Assembly: GCF_001949145.1 (NCBI RefSeq)
Contig: NW_019091366.1
Span: 2,899,627-2,963,626 of the forward strand
DNA length: 64,000 bases
Source of the DNA: Acanthaster planci
Lineage: Eukaryota
Direction: 5' to 3'
Part shown: in pieces, positions 56,211 to 64,000 of the stretch
How positions within the stretch are numbered: the first letter of the stretch is position 1
Layout of the letters: each line of letters opens with the position of its first letter
Notes under the pieces: model-generated
Databases searched by the model: none
What the model was told of the DNA's origin: nothing
The model's input: the letters and a program-made list of their open reading frames with translations, nothing else
Translations under genes and position numbers: made by a program

Positions 56211-56294
56211 CAAAGTCACATGAGGAGGTGTATAATCAGGCAAGTGTCAACAATTGTACAGTATACTGCGGTGGTATTCAAAATGGGATGTCAG
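56211..56294 (+). CDS. TIA1: TIA1/TIAR-like exon (human exon 9 equivalent). It encodes (T)[27 protein letters not shown], the inter-RRM linker plus RRM3 RNP2 (VYCGGI).
   Basis: The acceptor ctgttttcacag| ends at 56,210. A GTATGT donor sits at 56,295. The product aligns to human [32 protein letters not shown]. Confidence 0.9.
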
Positions 56295-57826
56295 GTATGT
56301 TGTTATAACATTATTTTTATAGGAATTACATGTATATGTAAGTAATGTACTAAAATGTACAAACAGGAAAAATTGTGCACCTGTAGAAACATTACATTAC
56401 ATGTGTGTACCTACCATGTGAGTTCAACCCTTCCACTTAGTTTGTGTGCATGTGCTAAAATTCGGTAAAGTCGTGGTCACTTTCTGTTGCTTTTGAAAAT
56501 GGTGACGCCAGCCAGCAAATGACTATACCAAAATCCATCTGCAGAGATCTTCCGCATTGTGTAATGTTTGCCGAATTTATTCCAGAGAAATATAATCAGG
56601 CTTCAGATTTCATTTTGTGACGTGTTTCTTGTTAATCATAAGTGACATTTCGGAGAAAATAGGGTTAAAGATGTCTGCTCATGTATTTCTGAACATAAAA
56701 AAGGGTATTATTAAATTGAAATTTTGTTGTCCGGTTTTTCCGCACATGCTGCAAATCTTGGTAATTGAAAGAGTGTTTTAAAAAGGATCCCATGTTATGT
56801 TTAAGCTATTGCGAATTGTCCTTAGTTTTATCAGTTTCAACTCTGGCTCTGTGTTTAATGATGGTCGACCATGATTTATGTGTACACACGTACATGTACT
56901 CCATCAACGCACGTATTCATGCACTACTTTGGACAAATGATTCTCGTGCAAAATATTAAATTTGCAATAACGTGAAAACACTATCGATTTTTTATCGGGC
57001 CTTACTACACACCACACTTTTTTTGTTTGTTTGGATAAACTGGAGAAGTGGTTATAAAATGGGACAGACCATGGATGTATTTTCTTTCAAATCTGATCAT
57101 TTTTAATCACTTTTTCAGTATTTGTTTCACATTTTTTGCAACTGGGTTCATAGAATACGGTGACATAAGTTGTCTAATAAATTTTTAGTTAAAATCAGGT
57201 TATCTCTATGAACATTAGTTGTTTGTCAGTATTTTGTTAAAAATAAATTATGGTCTCTATCTGCGGAAAGAAGTTTCGGAACGGTGTCCCATGTCGCCTG
57301 CTCAAAATCCACAGTAAAGTGATCGAGTGTGCATGTGCTAACTCCCAGTTAAGTGGTGCACAAAGGTGTGGGAGTGAATTTACGTGCCACATAAACATCG
57401 TTGTTTACTTGATGTGCAGTTGATTTCATTTGATCTGGTGACATAAATTACAATGTGTTTAGTATGCTCTTAAATATTCACTGCTTTTAGTCATGGAAAT
57501 GTAGAAGTATTGCACCTAAGACCAGCCAGGAATTTTTTAGGACAGTAATTTTAAGATTGTTTACTAGAAGACACTGACTCTTTGTATGATCAGACCTGCT
57601 GGCTTTTAGAGGTGGAAATCTTTTCTAGTTTCCATCTGCAATTTCATTTCTGAGACCCTGATCAAAGTAATCCAATAAAACTGCACTCGGAAACCAAGAA
57701 TAGCTTGCGGACTTGATCTGCATTGTTAATTCAAAACCCATTAATTTCACTGGATTTTCCCCCGTTTTCTGAGCTGACACAGTGAACTTATGAACTCTTA
57801 CCTTGTCTGGTTTGCATTTTAAACAG

Positions 57827-57911
57827 AAGAATTACTACGCCAAAGGTTTCAGGAGTTTGGTACCATACAGGAGATTAGGCAATTTCCAGAAAAAGGTTAT
57901 GCATTCATTCG
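57827..57911 (+). CDS. TIA1: TIA1/TIAR-like exon (human exon 10 equivalent). It encodes (E)[27 protein letters not shown](R), which is RRM3 with the RNP1 motif KGYAFIRF.
   Basis: The acceptor gcattttaaacag| ends at 57,826. A GTAAGC donor sits at 57,912. The product aligns to human [29 protein letters not shown]. Confidence 0.9.
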
Positions 57912-58390
57912 GTAAGCAGACCTACTATAAGAATGTTATAGAAGTAAGCCTTGACTGGATATAGTAAGCTAATAATATTGACTAGCTGTAATCTTCATGG
58001 TGAAGGGTGCTGTAAGAAGTTGGCATTCACTCTCATTTACTGGGATTGATTATCAGCCTGAAGTATTAAGTGCATGGCAGCAGTTGATAGATTTTAATGA
58101 TCAGACTGTGAAATGAACCACAAGCTTAATAACTGCAAAGTTCATGTGCTAGTGCAGGTCACCTGAAATCAAGTCGTAGTTGTGAATTTATAAAGAAACA
58201 TGAAACGTTGTCACTTCAAGCATTTTTGGTAATGAAAGTTATTGCATTGAAAAACATTTTAGTGCTTCTTTTTCTTCGGTTTTTTTTATAATGTTTTGGC
58301 AAATGCTGTGAAGTTTATTCCTCAATGTTACATTTTTATTTAGAGTTCCTGATTACAACTTGAGATAAATTTCCTAATTTTTTGTTTCAG

Positions 58391-58514
58391 ATTTGCATCT
58401 CATGATGAAGCCACTGCAGCCATTGTTGGTGTGCATAGTCAGCTTGTTGGCAACTACAAAGTCAAATGTTCGTGGGGGAAAGAAACGCCATCAGAGCCAT
58501 CAGCTCATGTTCAG
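58391..58514 (+). CDS. TIA1: TIA1/TIAR-like exon (human exon 11 equivalent). It encodes (R)FASHDEATAAIVGVHSQLVGNYKVKCSWGKETPSEPSAHVQ, the end of RRM3.
   Basis: The acceptor ttttgtttcag| ends at 58,390. A GTATGA donor sits at 58,515. The product aligns to human [41 protein letters not shown]. Confidence 0.9.
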
Positions 58515-61500
58515 GTATGACATGGGCAAGGGGACAAAACTTGTACTATGAAAAGAATGGTTTGTGCATGTGAGTTAAGACTGATAATAAGTACATGTTT
58601 ATAATATGTGAGCACGGTGTGTTTGAATGTGGATCAAAACTGTGTTCTATCTGGCGGTACATGTATGTATATATCAACTTGTAGACTTGTGACTTTTCTT
58701 CTGTGTATAAGGTTTCTTTTTTAAAATTTCTGGTTAAATGCAATTGAAACTTCAGATACAAAATACAAGCCTTTAGAAGTTGATTTTTCCAGCCTTTGGC
58801 TGGCTAGTCAGTAGCATACATGTATTTGGTACTGTTACATTTACGTCTGTTTTGAAATCCCAGCATAACATCTGATGGTTTTAAGAACAAATAGTTATCA
58901 TTGCTTTCCACTTGGAGGTTTGCTTGAGTGACATCTGAAGAATTGAGAATTGAGTTGTTTATGTCCAGTATGGTCTTACATCCACTTGAATTCATTGCCC
59001 ATCAACTCTTGGTGGTTGATCGTCGTAAGCCATCCCCTAGTCTGCTCCCTTCAACAACCCCCCACCCCCGTCAACGGTGCTACACACGTGAAGCGTCAGG
59101 TTATTCCGTTGGCACATTGTAGGCTTGGCAAGGCAATTTGATTGGAAGGTGTGAAAGACTGTTGCGAGCTGTACAGTTCCCCCTAGGGTCAGTGCTTCAG
59201 TGAAGCATCTATACCTCGGCAATTTCTAGAGCCATGGATATGGTCTACAATATAGTACAAGCAGCAGAGTAATGTTAGTTTGGCAGACTGGCCATTAGCT
59301 AATACGTGAGCCACAGATTCCATTTTTACATTCTTGTTATCTTCATGTCTTAAGCAGTTTTATGAGACCTATTAGTTTTCTGAGCGTTCACTTTCAATGC
59401 CAACTGAAATATTTTGGTCATCCAGTTCACTATTTCCTTAGAGCAATTGCAGAGCAACTTCTTTCCTGCAGTGTACATCTGGATCCTTTGTGCTCATCAG
59501 TTTTTAGAACACCCTCATCGATGAATACTACACAGAAAATAGAAAATCATCCTGGAATCAGTTTCAAATACCCTTATGGCCCTTGGCCTTTTTTCTCTTG
59601 CCAAATATAAAGGTCTTTAACCACTTTGTGTGGGGGTTCCTGGTACCGGGTATCTTGGGTTTGTACGCATAGCCGGGTGCGCGAAGTTGGACAAAAGAGC
59701 TGGGCCTTGTAACAAAAACCATACTCGGAACAAAAGGCTGAACTGCTGGGAATTGCCATCATTTTGCAGCTGGCATTAGCGGAGGTAATCTGTCATTGTT
59801 TTAAATCAGTATACCACTGTTTGCGGTGATGTAATACCGCTGCACGCTAAGCTGGCTGCATTTAAAAGACACCACTGGCATTCAGCAAGGCGCTGGGCAA
59901 TTTCGGGAACAAAGGAAATTATGCAACACTACACTATCTGGGCCCTCTTTAATGGGCGGCATGCCCAGTTACAATACTCAGGCATCAATGGAAGTTGCCT
60001 GTCAGATTAGAGTAGCCACCAGACAGTCATTTTTGTGGGTGTGAGCGTCCAGTAAATGAAGTTCTGGATATTTGAAGAATTTTGAAAATGGAAAATCTTG
60101 AAAATTGCCCGGGAACTCATCCCGCATATGCAAATTCCACCCAGCAGCAAGTGGTTAAAGCTCTCTTTCAGCACAACACCTATTTGTCCATTCATTTGTT
60201 GACAATATGCATGCTCAGCCAGGCTGACCCAGCCAGCCATTGGTTGATAACGAAGGCTACTTGCCGTGGTATCTGAGCCAGGAATATCACGCCTGGACAG
60301 ATCACTTTTTCTCTCACCCGTGTGGAGTCAACCAAGAAATTTGTGATTGACATGAGTAAACGGAGGAAAGAGAGGAAGTAATCATGAAAAGTGCAGTGTT
60401 CTGACGTGAAGTACCAGAAGAAATGACAAGATTCAAAGGATGTGCTTGGACACACATAATTTAGTTTGTTTGTCACAATGTTTTTTCCTGCTTGAGTCCT
60501 CTGCATTCATTAATAAACAATTTAACTTCTCATACTGTTATATTTGCATGACTTTCTCAATAAGATTCTCTTGTTGGTGCACTTAAACCGCTTTTAATTT
60601 GAAACCTTAAACTTTAAATTCTTACTATTTATAATCCCAGTGTCATTGTGTTCAATTTGCATTTCAAACCTAATTTTGATATTTGTACTTTTCTTTTTGG
60701 ACTTCACATTTATTTTGTCAAGCTACTTGTCATTTATTTGACATTCATATATTTTATTCCATTAATTTCAGTTTGTATTTCTTGACTTTACATTTTGAAT
60801 TTAGCATTGGTTCAATTAATTTTATCACCACTATATAGTGGAACCAAAATTAAGCTCATTTTTGTAAAAACTCATTTAAATTCAAGACCTGTTTACTTCA
60901 CATAATTAAAACAAAGGATTTTAAACACTTCAATTTTAATTGCCACGGTAGTATGATTTTTTTCAAATTGTTTTCACGTTTGCTCTGTATAGAATGAATT
61001 TTATTCATGCTCACACCTGCTTAATAGTGTAATCTGAACAACCTTTCCCCTTCTTTTAAATCACATATGAAATTTTTTTACCATTTATTTGAAGGAATTG
61101 GGTCAAATGACTTTTATCTTCTATATCCTATTTTACTCTTTGATTCCATATCTTTTTGACTACTTACATCGCCCATTCCTGAATGAGATATCCTTTTACC
61201 TGTTTTCATAAGCCCCTCTTGATGGTGTTAGGGCCCCCTTCAAGCTCTGTCATTGGCCATTACGTGTTCTGACAGCTGACGACCCTAGTAGGGTGTTAGA
61301 GCAAATACAAGAGACGTGTTTCTGTGCCCCACCAAGCAACGCGTGCACCTGCGTCACATAACACATGTGTGGAGACTTGGTGTCTTCAGCATATGATGAA
61401 GAGGATTGTCTTGGGATTTTCCCACAGATAATACTGTTAATCTATCCAGAGTTGTTGTCTTCAACTCCTCCTTTTATGTCCTGGCTAATTTGTTGAATAT

Positions 61501-62286
61501 CATTCTTTAGGTAGATTTTATTTGAAGAGTGGCTTTGAATTATTTATTTGTTTCATTTAAAGTGTTTGTTTTATTCAGCGTGGACAAACAATCCCGACCA
61601 CTTACCCTTTATGGTGAAGACGTCTTGTATTCTGCAGATTTGATTTTTTAACATTTTATATTTATTTTCTACAATAGAAATTATACTAGAAATAGATATA
61701 ATTTAAACTCTGTTTCCTTGGAATATGAATTGCCGGAGTGTTTTCCATAACATTTCTGAATGAAAGATATTTATTAACTTGTTTTGATGAAATTTCTGAT
61801 ATCAAGGAAATAGCTTGTCTTTTTTTGTTCAAAACAAGATTAATCACCGAAATTAGAAGGAAGCTAATCTATAAAGGATGTGAAAGCTGTCAAGTGTAGT
61901 GACATGGCAGTGGTACATGATTGGTTGCAGTTTCATTGTATTTCCCATCAGAACTTTCATTGTGAATTTCCTGTGGATAAATTTTAATCTGCCCTGAAGT
62001 CACATTCAGTGAATGCAGCTTTAACCAGTCATCTGGCCTGTTTACCAGCATTATAAGCATCTCTTTTTGCCAGTTGTAGGATGTTTAAATTACATTTATT
62101 TGCAGAAAGTCCAACTGTAGGAATTGCGATAGTTACAGTTGGTGATGTTAAAATCTGTTGGATTTCTCCCAGCAGTAGTTATTTCTTAAGTAAAATCATA
62201 CTTCCATGTCATTTCCATTCATTGTTTTCTCAAAGTGAACTAACTGTCATTAAATTGTTGGTTCTCATTGATTTCATTTGACACAG

Positions 62287-62468
62287 CAGCAACAGCAGTA
62301 TGCATATCAAGGCTTTGCTACCTACCCGCAGCAAGCTGTACAGCAAACACAGCAACCTAGCCAACCATACGTTCACTATTTCAACCAGCAGTTTCCTGCT
62401 GGACAACAACAGCAATATCTGCAGATGACGCCCTCAACACAGGCCACATACTACTATAACTATCCACA
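62287..62468 (+). CDS. TIA1: TIA1/TIAR-like exon (human exon 12 equivalent). It encodes QQQQYAYQGFATYPQQAVQQTQQPSQPYVHYFNQQFPAGQQQQYLQMTPSTQATYYYNYP(Q), a Q/Y-rich prion-related domain.
   Basis: This is a tandem NAGNAG acceptor (acaCAGCAGcaa). The first AG ends at 62,286 and the alternative AG at 62,289 would give a start at 62,290. A GTAAGT donor sits at 62,469. The composition matches the TIA-1 prion-related domain, which is Q/Y/G-rich. Phase is 0 in and 2 out, consistent with the next exon. Confidence 0.85.
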
Positions 62469-62930
62469 GTAAGTGCCAAAACTGTTGGAATTTCTGAGAA
62501 TTGTTGGGAAACTCAGAACTGAAAACTTTGTTATTTACAAATCTTAAGCTCCTTAGAATTCACAGTGTCATGTGCCATTAAATTTTTCCAAACCTTTTTG
62601 AGACTTTGAGAATTTTTATCATGCACTATGGGCACTTGAGGATACTTGACAAGATCACACACACCTGGGCATGAAAATAACAAATGATTTGTTAATCTGT
62701 GTTAGAGTGGTTGATTTGACATCATGGAATTTGGGAAATGATCTTTGCTTAGTAAGATTCGTTGTAAAAGTTTTCTTCTTGGACAAATCTTACACATACT
62801 CTAAAATTAAGTAAAAAGAATTGACAAGCTGCAGTGAGGGTTTGTGTTTTTGATAGTATAACCCTGCGTGTGGCTGTAGGGCTTGTCTTTGGCTGTGACT
62901 GACTTGACTCATTTCTTGTTCTTGCTACAG

Positions 62931-63126
62931 AGCGTCAGGTATGGTTATGCAAGGGCAGTATGTACAGAGCCAGTACCCCCAAGGACAAACTGTTCAACAG
63001 ACTCAGTATGCTCAACAGACCCAACCCATTTCAGCTCTTGGACAAGGCATGGCTCCAAGCAGAGGGCTCATGACGCCTAACTCATCCCAAGGAAATTATA
63101 TGCATACTGGCTTCCCAACTCAATAA
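62931..63126 (+). CDS. TIA1: TIA1/TIAR-like terminal coding exon (human exon 13 equivalent). It encodes (Q)ASGMVMQGQYVQSQYPQGQTVQQTQYAQQTQPISALGQGMAPSRGLMTPNSSQGNYMHTGFPTQ followed by a stop.
   Basis: The acceptor ttcttgctacag| ends at 62,930. The frame is maintained from the previous exon (ca|a gives Gln). A TAA stop sits at 63,124-63,126. The Q-rich content matches the TIA-1 C-terminus. Confidence 0.85.
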
Positions 63127-63844
63127 ACAGATATCTCCCTCCCTGAACACCCCTAGGGTGGAGGGCAGGATTCCCCCACCCCATCACCTATTGCACTCAA
63201 GGATTAGACTCAGAACTTTGATATTGAGGAACTGGTTGGTGTCATTGTTTGTGTCAGAATTGGAAGATATGCATCATAATATTTTCATTGATATGGAATG
63301 CCTTATGTTGGGTTGAATGATCTGCTGTGTTTTAAAAATAGACACTTTTCATTTACCTCAATCTTACATTGAGTGCATTTGATCATGTGATTTACATTAC
63401 ATAATGTGCTTGTCAGATGGTAAAATAAAAAGCTCCATTAGTGAGACTGTAACATCAGAGGACAAGTCATCTTATATCCTGACATGTCTAATGTATAATC
63501 ACATGATTTGTCAGGTGGTTAGATGAGAATGCAGACAGCTGTGCTTGAATTTGGCCAGTTATGATTGGTCAAGTTGATCTAAATATGTCAAATGATTGGA
63601 TTGTAAAATTCAGCTAATACTGAAACAAAGAAAAATTGGCTGAAAATTGCCAAATTGTGTAGAAATAAAGTAAAGAGAGAGAGAGAGAGTGTGGTGAATA
63701 TTGTATAAAAGAAATAACGTAAAGGATTAAACAAATAGTAGAGTAAATAAATCAATGTGGGTGGTGGGTAAAATGAACCTGTAGTGTGGGGGTCATCCTC
63801 ACATTCTCATATATACAGTATGTGTAAAAACTGTTTGAAATAAA
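63127..63844 (+). other. TIA1: 3'UTR of the TIA1-like gene, with candidate poly(A) signals AATAAA at 63,424-63,429, 63,664-63,669, 63,746-63,751 and 63,839-63,844. The UTR may run past the window end.
   Basis: The sequence immediately follows the TAA stop. Several AATAAA hexamers are present. No downstream coding signal is seen. I cannot tell which site is used. Confidence 0.5.
63674..63689. repeat. (AG)8 microsatellite in the 3'UTR.
   Basis: The sequence reads agagagagagagagag. Confidence 0.8.
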
Positions 63845-64000
63845 AAGGGTTATTTGTCAATTTTTGGATATCGACTGATGTTACTAGCTTGCCTGGGTTG
63901 AAGACATCTCTTAACAGCAAGCAACATAGGGAGAGACATGCAGACGCTCTGTGTACTGTACTTTAGTTATGTTTCTGGACATTCCACACACTTGTACTTT

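Noticed and set aside
1-64000. Prokaryotic-style interpretation (operons, defence islands, novel 'system')
   Set aside because: There are no long ORFs and GC content is low. Many canonical GT-AG introns with polypyrimidine tracts are present. A spliced RRM-protein gene, a SINE, a MITE and microsatellites together make this clearly metazoan nuclear DNA.

Overview
This window is metazoan nuclear DNA, most likely from an invertebrate. It is AT-rich, has no long ORFs, and contains canonical GT-AG introns and polypyrimidine tracts. It is not a prokaryotic locus. I see no defence or operon-type 'system' here, and this region does not support one.

The dominant feature is the 3' two-thirds of a TIA1/TIAL1 (TIA-1/TIAR) orthologue on the + strand. 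This is an RRM-type RNA-binding protein gene. Nine coding exons lie between 32,725 and 63,126. Each is delimited here by AG/GT splice sites and by reading-frame continuity. Their boundaries and phases match human TIA1 exons 4 and 6-13 one to one. Together they encode the end of RRM1, all of RRM2 and RRM3, and a Q/Y-rich prion-like C-terminal domain. The coding sequence ends at a TAA stop at 63,124-63,126. Four AATAAA hexamers follow in the 3'UTR. Introns are very large at the 5' side of the gene (about 9.9 kb and 11.9 kb) and short at the 3' side.

I could not locate the RRM1-encoding exons (human exons 1-3 equivalents) in the upstream 32 kb. They are either beyond the 5' edge of the window or too diverged or short to recognise by eye.

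The remaining sequence is intronic or intergenic and repeat-rich:
- a 21-bp minisatellite at 47,466-47,722
- a G-rich 110-bp tandem repeat with a degenerate GGGTGGGGC tail at 53,586-54,115
- a tRNA-derived SINE near 39,500-39,700
- a MITE-like element with terminal inverted repeats at 22,152-22,650
- several microsatellites
- a palindromic motif, (C)ATGTACATG(T), whose TACATGTA core and close variants occur dozens of times against an expectation of about 1

Two weaker candidates are worth a look. One is a possible TATA-less promoter (Sp1 GC box plus GCCAATCAG) followed by a P/Q-rich ATG-initiated exon-like ORF at 9,064-9,216. The other is a compositionally distinct GC/CpG-richer island at 59,620-60,400 inside a TIA1 intron.

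Almost all of the ORFs in the six-frame track are noise from AT-rich non-coding DNA or translations of tandem repeats.
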